From Octopus sinensis (taxonomy: Eukaryota), in contig NC_043002.1 of assembly GCF_006345805.1 (NCBI RefSeq), positions 63,488,001-63,552,000 of the forward strand: a DNA stretch of 64,000 bases, read 5' to 3'. A model generated the notes under the pieces. The model was given only the letters and a program-made list of their open reading frames with translations, did not search any database and was not told the DNA's origin. The translations under genes were made by a program, and so were the position numbers. Shown piece by piece: positions 39,466 to 53,470 of the stretch. Within the stretch, counting starts at the first letter, position 1. Each line of letters starts with the position of its first letter.

Positions 39466-40722
39466 CTTTATATATATATATATATATATGACATTTCAAG
39501 GGGTATAACCTCTCTAAATTTATCGTTGCTTATCTATATAAGGTTTGGATTTAGTTAAAATATAATGAAATATAGGAAAATAAATGGAACAAAAAGTAAA
39601 TGTTAAAGAATGAAAATTTGAAAATTAATAAATGATTAATATACAAAATTAAAAAATTGAAAAATATAATTCAACATAAAATTCTGAGATAAATTTCTAA
39701 TTTGCCAGAAGAAAAGATCTTTTTTTTTTCCTTTTTATTACTCTGTAAATCTGGTGGAAGATAGCGAACACAGAAAATAGCCAATAAACTGTCGTCGTGA
39801 GTCTCAGATATCAGAATGATAATGTTTAATGCTTCTATTATTTAATAAATTTCGTCCTTTAATTCAAACGATATTGTGGGCGACACTTTTATTGGTTTCG
39901 ATTCTATCACATTCAATACAATATTCCGACGTTAAAAATGTCAAGTACACAGAAAATCCTGCTACTCACATATACAAAATATTAAAATGCTTATTTGCTA
40001 TACGGAAAATATTTATAAAGTCAGCGTCCGTCACCTACGCAATATATAAATACGTCAAAAAGTGCAAAAACTGAAGAAACATGCACGACAATTAGATTCC
40101 TTTTACAGTACTTATTTCTGTCCTATACATTTACAATATCGCATGGAGCTCGTGTTTGTACGTTAAAAACTGAAAAGCATTTAACGACGCCATTCGCGAA
40201 ATGCTGCATTCATCGATGGCACACATTCTGTATATTGTAACATATTTTCACGTCTATAAATCAATAGTTTACTTCGACAACAATAGGTAACAGTATCGCT
40301 CAGATCATATAATATTTCAGGAGACTCGGCAGAAATATCAACATTTATAGAACTACGACATAGGTTTTTTTCAGACACTTTAGGCGTATTTGTGTGTATA
40401 TTTATTACTGTACATCTCTCTCTCTTTCTCCCTCAACCTTCACTTTCCCTCTCTCTCTCTCTATATATATACATGCATACATACATACATAGATACATAG
40501 ATACATACATACATACATACGTACATACATACATACATATATACATACATACATATATACATACACAACGGGCTTTTTCAGTTTCCATTTAACAAATCCA
40601 CTCACGAGGCTTTCATCAGGTCAGCCCGATGCTACCACACGACTCTACTTGCGATATGGATATATATATATATACTATATAATATATATATAATATTATA
40701 TAATATATATAATATATATATA

Positions 40723-40768
<46 letters not shown>

Positions 40769-41640
40769 TAGTATATAATATTATATATATAATACATATA
40801 CAGAGAGAGAGAGAGGTGGGATTGGACAAAAAATAATGGAAATTAATTTTAACATGGGCTAAAATCGCCATATGCACGCACAGCCACACAGAACATGAGA
40901 TTAATATGAACTAAAATATAGAGATGCCTTGCCTTATAGAGGAAATGGATGATGCAGTTGAAGATATCGTAGACTCTTATCGTGATAGTGACTAAATCTA
41001 TCACAAAGCTCTAATCCCTTCAAATCATTGCATACACCTTTTTTCCTTTTCACAACCACAGAGGAACACACAGATGCACTCACATATATCTCATGAAGGT
41101 TTGAGAGGCTTCAGATATTCCATACAAAATTGGTATAAATAGATGATTTGTACGATTTTATATATATGCACATACATGCATACAAATGTACGTTTGTAGT
41201 TGTTCTCGTGTGTGTACATGTGTGTATGTTTGTCGATGTGTCAGTCTTTGAGTATGTGTGTCAGTCTAGGAAGAATATTTGAAGAACAAAATCGTGTACA
41301 GGAAAATTTAAGATCTATTTTCTCCAGCAAAACGTAACCTTTTCACACATGGGAATTCAGTAGAAATTGTTTTGTTTTTTTTTTTGCCATATAGTCTACC
41401 AAGGTAACCATTGTTGAGTTGAAGCGTATCTCTGAACGTCTCAATATTGTCTAAACAAAGAATAATGAATTGGAATAAGTAATCCAAAACCTTGCTGAAA
41501 TGCTGTGTGCAAGTTTCATATCGGCCATTTCTCGACAATCAGCCAGCTGTGAAACACTGGCGGATATATTCTTTAGAGTTGGAACAAATATAATAGTACA
41601 TGCGCACTTATGTATGTATGTATGTATGTATGTATGTATG

Positions 41641-42955
41641 ATTGATTGATTGATTGATTCTAGTTTCAGCTTATGAGCTGTGGCCATGCTGGGGCACCGC
41701 CATTTGGTGTTGCTACTTGGTTTCACTTCATGAAGGCTTTCTAGCAACTGCTATTTGGTGCATGAGAGAGTTCGATGCAGCTGCCCTCATCTGCCCCTCC
41801 TGCCGTGAAGTTGGTTCATCTGGGACACCTGACAGGAAGAGATCCAGCTTCATTTTAAAGACATCTATCTACATCCACCCCATGCAGGTCTCTCAGGTTC
41901 TTCGGGAGGATATTGAAGAGCTGTGGGCCTCGGAAGCCCAGGCTATCACAGAATCTTGTCCTACATCTTGATGGCAAGTTTGGAGTCCTAGGCACCACGC
42001 AGTGGCGCCGTTCTGGCATTTGCGTAACTCTCGATGCCTAAGTTCAGGACACTTCCCTCCAGGATCTTCCAGATGTATATTATGACATATCTTTCCCGCC
42101 TACGCTCCAGGGAATATAGTTTTAATCTCTTGAGTCTTTCCCAGTAGCTTACATTCTGCAATAGAGGCTATCTTCTTCGTGTAGCTACGTTGGATCGCCT
42201 CGAGTTCTGTGATCAACTTGACACTGGATGGTGACCATAACTGAGAGCAGTAGTCAAAGTGCTTAGGACAAGTGTCCTCCAGAGGACCATCATGGTTTCT
42301 TGTTCTCTTGTTCTAAAGGTTCTGAGGATCCATCCGGCCAGTCGTCTACATTTCATTGCCATTTGCAACATGTACGCGAAAGGTCGCGTCATCACTCATG
42401 TAAATACCTAGGTCACGCACTGATTGTGCCTCTGGGATTGCTATTCCTCCGGGTCCAGTGTATTCATTGGGTATTGCATTTAGTTTTGCATGCTGATAGT
42501 ATAGAGCTTGAACTTTTCAGCATTGAACTGCATGCTATTCTTTTCGGCCCACTTGTATATTTTGTCTAGCTCACATTGCAGGTGTTTAGTGTCCTCAGGG
42601 TTCTGTATTGCCTGTGAAACTTTTGTATCATCTGCATAACTTGTGATCGTGGCTCTCTGCGTGGCTGAGGGCATGTCTGAGAGGGCCATTATGAACAGTA
42701 GTGGTCCCAGAACAGTGCCCTGCGGAACACCGCTCACTATTTGCGTGTTAATGGAAGTGGCCCCATTGGCCACTACCACCTGACTTCTATCTTTCAGAAA
42801 GTCATGAAGCCATTCTCCCAGTTTTCCAACTATGTTGAGATCACGCAGTTTGTGACATATCATTCCATGATCGACTTTATCAAGGCCTTTGCAAAGTCGA
42901 GATATATCACTTCCACATTTGAGTGGTTCAGCAGCCGTTTCAGCAACCAGTCCAT
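41641..42955 (-). pseudogene. CR1-clade LINE, 5'-truncated, with intact 3' end and (AATC)n tail
   Basis: SGVPQGTVLGPLLF, SYADDTK, QFNAEKF (42480-42863), then frameshifted RDLG, WILRTF, DYCSQLWSP, YSLERRRERY; tail at 41641-41660. Confidence 0.92.
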
Positions 42956-42986
42956 AGTGTTCTATCTATCTATCTATCTCTATTTG

Positions 42987-43041
<55 letters not shown>

Positions 43042-43141
43042 NNNNNNNNNNNNNNNNNNNNNNNNNNNNNNNNNNNNNNNNNNNNNNNNNNNNNNNNNNN
43101 NNNNNNNNNNNNNNNNNNNNNNNNNNNNNNNNNNNNNNNNN
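43042..43141. other. Assembly gap (100 N)
   Basis: Direct reading. Confidence 1.
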
Positions 43142-43143
43142 TA

Positions 43144-43179
<36 letters not shown>

Positions 43180-43367
43180 ATAGAGGTATATATACCCTCA
43201 CACACACAAATACACACTAACAAACACACACACACACACACACACGAACATAAATAGTTACCAGTGTAGCAAAAGTAAACACAAGTAACAAGGCTGTAAC
43301 AGCCTACATAAAAAGGTCGAAACTCCAGGGTTTAGTGAAATGATTTTATTAACATAGTTGAATAAAT

Positions 43368-43480
43368 AATTAAAGAAATGGAGTTAAACGCAGGTGTTAT
43401 CCAAATCTTTATACTTCCGAGATATGTTTCGAATTAGAAAAATTTGAATAACTCCTGCGTTTAATTCCATTTCTTTAATT
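43368..43480. repeat. Inverted repeat, 39-bp arms, 35-nt spacer
   Basis: AATTAAAGAAATGGAGTTAAACGCAGGTGTTATCCAAAT versus reverse complement AATTAAAGAAATGGAATTAAACGCAGGAGTTATTCAAAT; three mismatches. Confidence 0.9.
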
Positions 43481-43622
43481 TTTTAATTATCATTGTTTTA
43501 TATATATATAGTAAATCCTCCCCCCCCCAAAAAAAAACGAAGAAGAAACGCAAGAAAGCAACAACGCAACAACGTGGTACATGCAAAGCATTAGCAGACG
43601 CTCAGGGGAAAAAATAAAGGTA

Positions 43623-43658
43623 GTTTTATGTTTCGAACAAAGCTCTTCGTCAGAAAAC
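43623..43658 (-). ncRNA. H1 hammerhead motif, slightly degenerate
   Basis: GTTTT-CTGACGA-A-GAGC(TTT)GTTC-GAAA-CA-TA-AAAC; G>A at the CpG of stem III. Confidence 0.65.
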
Positions 43659-44286
43659 TGGAGACGGAAGAATGGTCAATAGAAAAGTAGAACGGAGGAA
43701 AAAAATTCCAACGATCCACATGCGGTTAAATATATATATATATCATTTATGTGTGTGTGTATGTGTGTGTGTGAGTGTGTGCGTGTGTGTATGTGTGTGT
43801 GTTGTGTGTGTATATGGCAAACATTTTCTGTAAAATAGATTGATAAACAATTATCTAAAATTTTGACTACAACTCTTTATTTAACATAGATAGTCTGTAC
43901 ACTGCTCCCGGCAAACTACGCGTATACACATACGCATGCATACGTACATACATACATAAATACATACGTACATCCATACACGCATATACATATGTACGTG
44001 CACACATACATATAACTATGTGTATGTATGTATGTATGCATGTATGTATGTATGTATGCGTAAGTGTATGTGTGTAGAGTGTTTTAATGACATTAAGAGA
44101 GAACAATGCACAAACGTATGTATAACAGCATACATCTTTTGACAGCGTTGAAGTATATATATAAGAAATATTAGTACTACGATATCTGTAGAATCTCACT
44201 AGAATCAGTGAAAAAAAATTACATCTGTTTCCAACACTCACGTACAGATACACACACGCCCGAAACAACAGATACATATAGACATA

Positions 44287-44371
<85 letters not shown>

Positions 44372-44699
44372 GAAATCACATTTCCACATTCCTTGAAAGC
44401 ATTTATCTTTACATGAAGTAAAATATATATTGTAACTTTTACTGGTGATGAGAATTTATTTTTGCCATTACAAAGATTGTGTTAGGCCATGTATACATAG
44501 ATTCCTTATCATTTAATAATACTTTAATCTCTTAAGATAAATACAATTAGTAGATTTGTTTACAGCTATGTGTACAGGGCCTATTGTGTACGTGCTTATT
44601 GGTGTTTAGAAGTTTTGCTTAGAAAATCACAAACGCATACACACACACCACATATTTATATACATACATATGTGCACTTATATGTTTGTCTATATATAC

Positions 44700-44799
<100 letters not shown>

Positions 44800-44823
44800 G
44801 ATGTCTATACACATATATATGCA

Positions 44824-44868
<45 letters not shown>

Positions 44869-45019
44869 CGTATTTGGATTTGGCTTGCAAGATTCTTTAT
44901 ATGAGTTCGTGTGTTGAAGCATATTCTGTTGTGTCTGGGGAGAGTCATTTTCTTTTTGTGTCTTATAATGTAACACACTCACCGGTAAAATTTCCACTTT
45001 TTTTCTTACTTTTATTTTC

Positions 45020-45055
45020 CTAAAATTTTCCTTGCGTCTTGCAACCTTTCAATAG
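45020..45055 (-). ncRNA. Hammerhead-geometry motif with degenerate core (family H4, repeat ~44870-45060)
   Basis: CTA-TTGAAAG-GTTGC(AAGAC)GCAAG-GAAA-AT-TT-TAG. Confidence 0.4.
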
Positions 45056-45843
45056 TCTTGGCTATGTCCGTTATTTACACTGCGTTCCCTTTTATTTGTT
45101 TGTGAGAATGTGTGTGGGTCAGTGTGTGTGTGTGTGTGTGCGTGTGCCTATACATGCATGCATGTACATATGTATGTGTGTGTGTTTGCATGTGTATGTA
45201 TGTATGTATGTATGTATGTATATGTGTGCATCTGTATGTACGTATCCTGCATATTTATGTGCTTGCATGTCCCTGTTTATGTATTTCTATGTATGTGTGT
45301 GTGAGCATGTGTTTGTATATGTATGCACTTCTGTCATGTGCATGTCTCTGTGTGTGTGTTTTGCAACTATGTATCATGTTTGTGTGTATGGATGTGCATC
45401 TTTATATGTGTGGATCCGTGTCTCCATATGTGTTGTTCTTGTAGTCTATGTACTTATCCGCCTGCATGTTGATCTATTTATTTTCATATCTGTATGCTTA
45501 CATAGAAAAAAAAGAAGGTGCATACACACGCACACTCACACCCACACACAAACATACATACATTTATCTACCTAAGAGTCCACCAACTATTCTACGCTAC
45601 CTGTGTAAACTGTGGGTATGGAGGTATGGTATTTACTACGTATATTTCCTATTTAGTATTGGGGATGTTTCATTTATAAGGACGTACTCCCGTATTAGTC
45701 TGAGTGTTGGGTCTTTTGGGTGCTTGGATAAGATGCGGATGCCAAGTTCACCCAAGTTACCTCCATGTTGGTCTTCGGCATGTTGTTAGAGTATGGAGGA
45801 CTGTTTTCTGTCGTCATATTGTCGTCATTTTTCCTTATATATA

Positions 45844-45882
<39 letters not shown>

Positions 45883-46341
45883 TATAGACATATATATATG
45901 CAGGCAAGTATATGTGTATACACGTTTATCTCTCTAACTATCGATATACACAAATGCACTCATTCACACACACACATACGCTACACTCATTGACACAATT
46001 GTATACACATAACCATACACACTGAAATTGAAAAATACCTGCAACACTTGGGTCCAAATTTCAAGACCGGTTTTTCATTTTGTCTTCCGAATTGAAACTG
46101 AAGATTCCTCTCTCTATTCAAGCTTCACTCATGTGCAAACATCTCTTCAACTGTTTTTATTCCTTATTTGCAAATAGATTTGTTTCTATAGATTTTATTA
46201 TTCAATCTCATTAATTTATTATTTGTTAAATTAAAAAAACATTCAAATGTTTATTGGGTGACAGGATACATTTCTTAACATGTATTTCTGTTGTTTCCTG
46301 CTCACTGCTGAACCCCACAATTTCATTCGCGTTTGCCTTTG

Positions 46342-46521
<180 letters not shown>

Positions 46522-47442
46522 TTGTGTGGGTGAGAGCATGTGTGTGTGTAAGTGTGTATGACTATGATGTGTGTGTGTGTATCTGTGCGTGGTTCTTTCG
46601 CGTTTTCATTTGTGTTTAACCATGTCTGTTTCTGTTTTTTGCTTTTGTCGCCGATCCATCGATAACCATTAGCGAATTACTGACTGCACTGTCAGCTTGT
46701 CTAATTCTTAATAGCATGAGAAATTACGAGAACGTTCTACTTTCATCGACATTCATTAACTAATTCTCCATTTATTTTTTGCATTTTTACATCTTTTTTT
46801 TTCTTCACATATTACGGTTCGATAATTATTATGTTTCTCGTGTTTCAGTGCCAGATTCCAATATCTATTCCCCTGCTTTGTGATTACAAATCAAAATATA
46901 TACGTTAACATTGTTTACATTTTTCATTATTCTATTTGGTACATATAAATACTTTACTCACTACACGCACGCTATATCATTATATAATCACAATGGTGCT
47001 CCAAAAAGTGATATTGTTCTAATTTATTGTCAAGGTAACACCGCTAAGTCTATCCTACACATTTAATGCAACATAAGTATTTTTTTAATGAATACAGTGT
47101 CTCCGATACCGAATTCTCTATTTTCGTAGTTCAATTGCCGTTACCCCTCTGAATTACCTTAGTTCCAATCATGTTTGCAACATGTGACGAACTGTATGAC
47201 AAAAATAGACACAACGTTTCCTGTGCGTGTCGTGACGTGGAACAAGATGGGTAGGATTTGCACCCCCACTTCGTAAAACCCTCACCAACAACCGCTACTC
47301 AAAATAGTTGCAGGGTATTTTGCCTGACTGGGGATCTTGTGACATCCACCAGGAATAGGGCATCAGAAAGAAATGACGGACAGGTAAGCCTTTAGAACGC
47401 ACATCCCAATACTGCAGCAGCAGCAGCTGTAGTAGTAGTAGT

Positions 47443-47502
<60 letters not shown>

Positions 47503-47995
47503 CAGCAGTCATATTTCAGCTGCTGTAAAGACATCGGAAGGGCTCGGTTCAGGTTTGACTATTCCACCAAAGTTATTCGCATATGTAGCTCTGCCCTCCA
47601 CGACTCTTTATCTCTCCTCCCACTACTACATGACACGTGACTATCTAACCCCCTTTTATTCAATCTTTTTTTACGCTTCGCGGTTGACCGGGTCGGTCAC
47701 GTTTCTCTGTCCTCTTTCATTATTTTCCTAAACATTTTGTCTTCCTTCGTTCTAACGCTCTATCTGCTCTTTTCATTTTCCTTTTTTCATTCCATATTCC
47801 TCAGTCTGGAAGCTGAACAGTTTTTTTAAAATTATAGTTATTCGTTTTTCCTTGTTTGTTTTTATTATCGTCATGTGTGTTCGTTAGCTTTTCCCTCAAG
47901 TTTTCTGTCACTAACGTCACCTACAATTCAATAAACAGGGTATGTGGGAATCTTCTGGTTTTGATATATTTAAATTTAGAATCGTCAGAAGACTG

Positions 47996-49072
47996 GGATC
48001 TTTTCAGTTTGAAGGCCAGATTTTCCTAGTTAACTAAACAATTTGAAACTTCGTATACTGGTAGAATGTGTCAAAAGAAAACATAATTGTAAACCAAAAT
48101 GAAAACGGAGTTGTAATTTCTAAGTTTAACGTTGTTTAAAAATTCGAATTTTAACCAATGATATTCTTTCTTTCGGCCTCATATTATTTACTGCTTCTCA
48201 AAATATTGTTACTGTGACGTAAACAGCTATTTTGTGACGTAGTTAACGTAAACATGTAAATAGCTAACTAAAATGTAAACAACTCCGCTTATCATAAACT
48301 TCGTGGAGTATATATAAAATTTGTGTAGATCCTAAATAGCTACATACACATGTATACAAACATATGCATATATATATATATACACCTATACACACATATT
48401 CTAATGCATATGCATATATGTGTATATATTTATAATGTGTGTGTATTATAGATGCATACATTATATATATATATATATAAAAAAGATGTTTACATACAAT
48501 ATATATATGTTATATACATCTACATGTATATGTATGTATGAATATATAAGTACCACAGAATTTGAATCAAACTGTTTTGATCCATACATACACCCACACC
48601 CACACACACACACCAACACTACCATCCATGAGACATCCTAACATAATCAATGCTACTACTATTATCATCATCATTATCATCATCCACTGCCACCACCACC
48701 ACCACCACCACCACCTCTACAAAAACACCAACACTATAATTGCTGCCATCATACACATCCACTGTCACCACTACCACCACTGCCATGATAACCACATCTA
48801 CCACAGCTGTTTGCTTACTGCTTACCCACTCACAAAATAGCTATCTACGTCACATTAACACTATGCAGCTAATAATTTCAAATGAAAACACAATATGATT
48901 GGTTAAAATTCGCAGATTTAAACTACGTTTAAACTTATAAAATATATTTTTGTCAAAAATACTAGTTGAAATTATTGTTTTCTTTTGACACATTCTACCA
49001 GTATACGAAGTTTCAAATTATTTAGTTAACTAGAAAAATCTGAAAAATCTGGCTTTCAAAAAGAAAAGATCC
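47996..49072. mobile_element. MITE/foldback-like element with ~240-300-bp inverted arms (47996-48290, 48830-49072)
   Basis: GGATCTTTTC...TAGTTAACTAAA.AATTTGAAACTTCGTATACTGGTAGAATGTGTCAAAAGAAAAC present as inverted copies; a third arm lies at 63005-63274. Confidence 0.7.
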
Positions 49073-49197
49073 GGGTTTGGGTTTTACGTTTAGGGTTTTA
49101 GGGTTAGGATTTTAGAGCTAGGTTTTATGGTTAGGGTTTAAGAGTTAGGGCTAGGTTTTGGGTTTTAGGGTTAGGGTTGGGATTTAGGATTAGAGTT
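49073..49197 (+). repeat. Degenerate TTAGGG-like repeat
   Basis: TTTAGGGTTTTAGGGTTAGG...GGTTAGGGTT...TTTTAGGGTTAGGGTTGGG. Confidence 0.75.
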
Positions 49198-49663
49198 ACG
49201 GAAACAAGCGAGAAATGAAGAAATTGGAGGTGGAGGGGTAGGGGGAAAAATTTTTTGGGGAAAATAGTTGCTGAAATCAAGAAATTGCCGAAGAAAGACT
49301 TTCACTTTTTCATGAGGGGCTATCGAAAACGCTGGGGTTTTAATATGACAAAAGAAAATACAAAAATGGTGGGCTTTTATGCACATATGTACTAATGGAT
49401 ATCATATATATGTACAAAATGAAACTTGAGATTTCGAAAGAAATTGTGATGTGTGCCACTATTTTCCTTTTCACATAAAATTCCAATATAATCTGAATAT
49501 ATACATTCTGAAAAGTATTTGTAGCAAATTTGATAAAAAAAATACCCAAGTTATGAGGAAACAAAGTAAACTCATGTGTAATTTCCCGAAACCCCTCTTC
49601 CTAACCACAGAATCTTTTTAAATATCAAATTCCTGTGTAAGCGGAATATACACAATTTAAACA

Positions 49664-50173
49664 TACCGTAAATCCTCAAGTATAATCCGCATTATTTTCC
49701 CAAAATTTAAAGGTCAAAATCCCTAGTGCGTACTATATAGGAGGTTAAAAATGGAAATTATTTTCTAAGCAATGTCCAAGTCCCTATTTGCTGTCAGGCA
49801 ATGTTTATTCAGAGGCATTTTGTGATGTCGGGCTCGAAAATACCTTAAGCTAAGCCTGAAAGCAATGAAGTCATAAAAGAATCATCCATAACTTGCAATA
49901 AGCAACATTTATTAAACGTTATTACTGTTATTTCTTTATTTTCTGCAAACAAAATGCACAAAAAAGCTACACGTTTGCATTTTGTTATATATACAATAAT
50001 AATAAAGGACGTTACCGTATACATTTTTAGAATCCAAGGACGTTATATACACCTCCTTGACTGAAGTTAGAGAAGGGGTGCGTATTATACACAAGGTTTA
50101 GGTTTTCCAGAGGTACAGCCCCCTAAAAATCCCCTGCGTATTATACTCAAGGGCAGACTATACTCGAGGATTA
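49664..50173. mobile_element. Non-autonomous Tc1/mariner-pogo-type element
   Basis: Left TA|CCGTAAATCCTCAAGTATAATCCGC versus right reverse complement TAATCCTCGAGTATAGTCTGC; subterminal GTGCGTA(C/T)TATA motifs. Confidence 0.65.
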
Positions 50174-50617
50174 AAAAAATTTACATTTTTCTTGAAGTTG
50201 TGAGGCAACAAAGTTGGTCGGGTAGGGGCACACATGTATAGGTAAACCGACATTTGCATTATTTTACAATAATCATTTCAAATCCTGCTCGGCTGGTTTT
50301 TGTCATCTTTCAGGGCCCAATAGAATGAGTTAATCGTAATAAAACACAGTTGTAAAAACCCCTATACCTATCCATTCAAATGGTGACGTCAGTAAAGTTG
50401 GTCAAGGAAAACCGGTCTTTTTACTTTTATTGGAATTGATATTGTATTTATTTAAGATGCCAAAGGAGTTCTGTGTCATTGTTTTTATGAAGACGCTTCA
50501 TGAATAATCTAATCTTCTCACTCCTTCGGTCATTGTTTTTATAAGATAAAAATAGTATGATGACTTATAAAAAATTTAGAGGAATATTAAGTTTTACAGG
50601 CCAGATGTTTAAAAAAT

Positions 50618-50960
50618 ATTGGAGTAGCTGATTCCGGGTTCAGTCCCACTGTCTGGCACCTTGGGCAAGTGTCTTCTACTATAACCTCGGGCCAACCAAA
50701 GCCTTGTGAGTGGATTTGGTAGACGGAAACTGAAAGAAGCCCGTCATATATATATATATAAATATGTATGTATGTGTGTGTTTGTGTATCTGTGTGTGTC
50801 CTCCTAGCATTGCTTGACAACCGATGCTGGTGTATTTATGTCCCCGTTACTTAGCGGTTCGGCAAAAGAAACCGATAGAATAAGTACTGGGCTTACAAAA
50901 AGAATAAGTCCCGGGGTCGAGTTACTCGATTAAAGGCGATGCTCCAGCATGGCCGCGGTG
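50618..50960 (+). mobile_element. SINE S2
   Basis: GGGTTCAGTCCCACTG...GGGCAAGTGTCTTCTACTATA...GCTCCAGCATGGCCGC. Confidence 0.88.
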
Positions 50961-51332
50961 AAGAGTAACATTAAAAGTAAAATATGTTTTATATGACACA
51001 TTAGGGTTAGGGTTAGTGTCCGAAGGTTGAAAGTGTTTAGTTACAAAAATATATTTCTCGATCTGCCGTTGAAAGGGTAAAGATCCCTTATATTATTTAT
51101 TTAAACCCTTTACAAACTAGAAGGGTTATAGGTCAAGAGGAAAATACATCAATCAAATGTTGGGAAGGCCATCGGTTGAATAAAACAACATTGTTCCTCA
51201 ACAGAACAATAAGGCTCTATAGTTAGGGGGAAATTTACCCATTCAGTTTCAAAACTCAGGTGGGGCCAAAAGAGGTCTCTACACATACATACGTATACAC
51301 ACATATACATACATATATCCAGACAACTTCAG

Positions 51333-51367
<35 letters not shown>

Positions 51368-52412
51368 GCTTGGATCGCTTTCAATGCCACTACGTCCCGT
51401 CCGATTCGCTCCAAAATTTACAGGGACATGTAGAAATAGGTGACGAAGCTCGTGGGCTACCTTAGAAATCCCTATCTTAAAAGGTGTGGTTGCTAGGGGC
51501 CATCTTTCTCACTCACGCTATTTCCTCCAGTACCCTCTCACTCCCCTTCATATATATAACTTTGATATGTCCACTACCGTTATTTAAAGTATCTGTCACT
51601 CTCGCTATTTCCTCTCTTTTTCACTCACTCTGTTTCTCACCAACAACACACGAGCATGAGAACAAATATTATGAATCAGATATACTTGCGTTCATTTATA
51701 TGTATGTGTGTCTGTGTGTGTTCTATGTATAAATATGTATATATAATGTATGTGTGTGTGTGTGTTCTATATATAAATATGTATATATAATGTATGTGTA
51801 TGTGTGTTCTATATATAAATATGTATATATAATGTATGTGTGTGTGTGTGTGTTCTATATATAAATATGTATATATAATATATATATAATGTATATATAC
51901 AAATTGTATATATCTGTATTTATGTATATTAAACTTTTTCATACTTTTTCATAGTTATATATATTTTTAAACAAATTATAAATATAATTTAATAATTTTT
52001 ATTTTCAATTCAATTTAAATTTTTAAATTTTATATTTTCTATATTTTCTATGTTATATTTTTTTTATGTTTTTGTTTTTGGTTTTTCACTGTTTGATTTG
52101 CCTAAAAATTCCGTTTTTCACTTTTATGATTATACCCAGAGTGCTCTAATCGAACATGAACTGTCTTCCCATTGGCGGACGTTTGTCTTTTTTATTTTTG
52201 AAACAAACACATTGCCTCTTTCGTTTTAAAACAATAAAACAATACTACCTTAATACATTGGTTCAACAAACAAAACATCACCCACTCTCATTTTTTTATG
52301 TATCTGAGAATGTGTGTCTGTCTGTCTGTGTGTTTCCCTAAAACTTGAGAACTACACAACCAATTTCATTCAAATTTTACACATGACTTACTTAGGGTAT
52401 GAGGAGTGTGTT

Positions 52413-52630
52413 GAGCTCGCTCTGGGCGCCATTGGTCTCACTGTCCACGGCTACGAGACCGCAGTGAGCGCTATGGCGACCAGAGCTCGCTCTGGGCGCC
52501 ATTGGACTCACTGTCCACGGCTACGAGACCACAGTGAGCGCTATGGCGACCAGAGCTCGCTCTGGGCGCCATTGGGCTCACTGTCCACGGCTACGAGACC
52601 ACAGTGAGCGCTATGGCTTTGGTCTCACTA
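52413..52630. repeat. GC-rich 70-bp tandem repeat, about 3 copies
   Basis: GAGCTCGCTCTGGGCGCCATTGG.CTCACTGTCCACGGCTACGAGACC.CAGTGAGCGCTATGGCGACCA starting at 52413, 52483 and 52553. Confidence 0.95.
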
Positions 52631-53470
52631 CTATACGGCTTGGCTTGGCTTGGCTTGGCGTGAAGGCAGCATATAAAAAAAAACAACTCTTCCTCAGTTG
52701 TTGGCAGTTTTACTTACTCCGCATTGCAACAAGATGTGTCTTCGTCAAAGCAATTGCTCCCCCGAAGCAAATTAGATAAAATTTAAGATACGTGGAACGT
52801 CAAAGCTGCTAACAAAATCAGGACAGTAAAAATTTTCGGTAAGGGCTGTTTAACCCTAACGGGGTGACGTGGTTAACGCTGGAGAAAGAAAGCTTTGTCA
52901 TGAGACAGACGGGAATGCATGAACGAAAAGAAATACATTTAGAAATAGATCTATAGTTATTTAGGACAGAATTTCTGTTAGAAATAGAGAACTATGAATA
53001 TTGAATTATGCATAAAGCGCTGACTTACATTCGGGGCTTCCAATTTCTCTGTAAAATATAAGATAGTCGCAAAATCATCGCACATGTCACCATCGATTAC
53101 AAATGCCGGTGAAAGATAAACGTTCCAGAGGACACTCTTGTTCTTTCGTTCGTACAAGGATCGTATTAAGTTTCGGCTTAAAATAAATTATAGATATAAA
53201 TATAATGTATATAAATATATAAAAACCAGAATAGAAAATAAACGTCTTAGGCATATAAAATGAGATATGCCAAGGTGTTATAAACTTGAAACTTACTAGA
53301 ATATCATAGATTATATATATCAAGTCATTCAGTCAGTTCTGTCCAATTTTACCTTTTTTTTTTAGATTTGAATGAAATTTAATAGTATTTGCAAATGTCT
53401 AATTCAATTAAAAAATATTTTTATGCATTTGTGTACGTTTAAACTAATTCAATATTGTTTTACAAAATAA

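Noticed and set aside
40181-40378. 65-aa ORF and nearby splice-like signals
   Set aside because: No recognisable domain, and the implied plus-strand intron would be only ~34 nt.
51660-51900. ~40-bp tandem units
   Set aside because: This is a compound (TG)/(TA) minisatellite with no further structure; the 24-bp repeat at ~58800-58875 is similar.
52413-52630. Palindromic repeat with GGTCTC/GAGACC (BsaI) sites suggesting CRISPR or cloning-vector contamination
   Set aside because: The units are contiguous with no spacers, they carry natural-looking point differences, and no vector sequence is adjacent.
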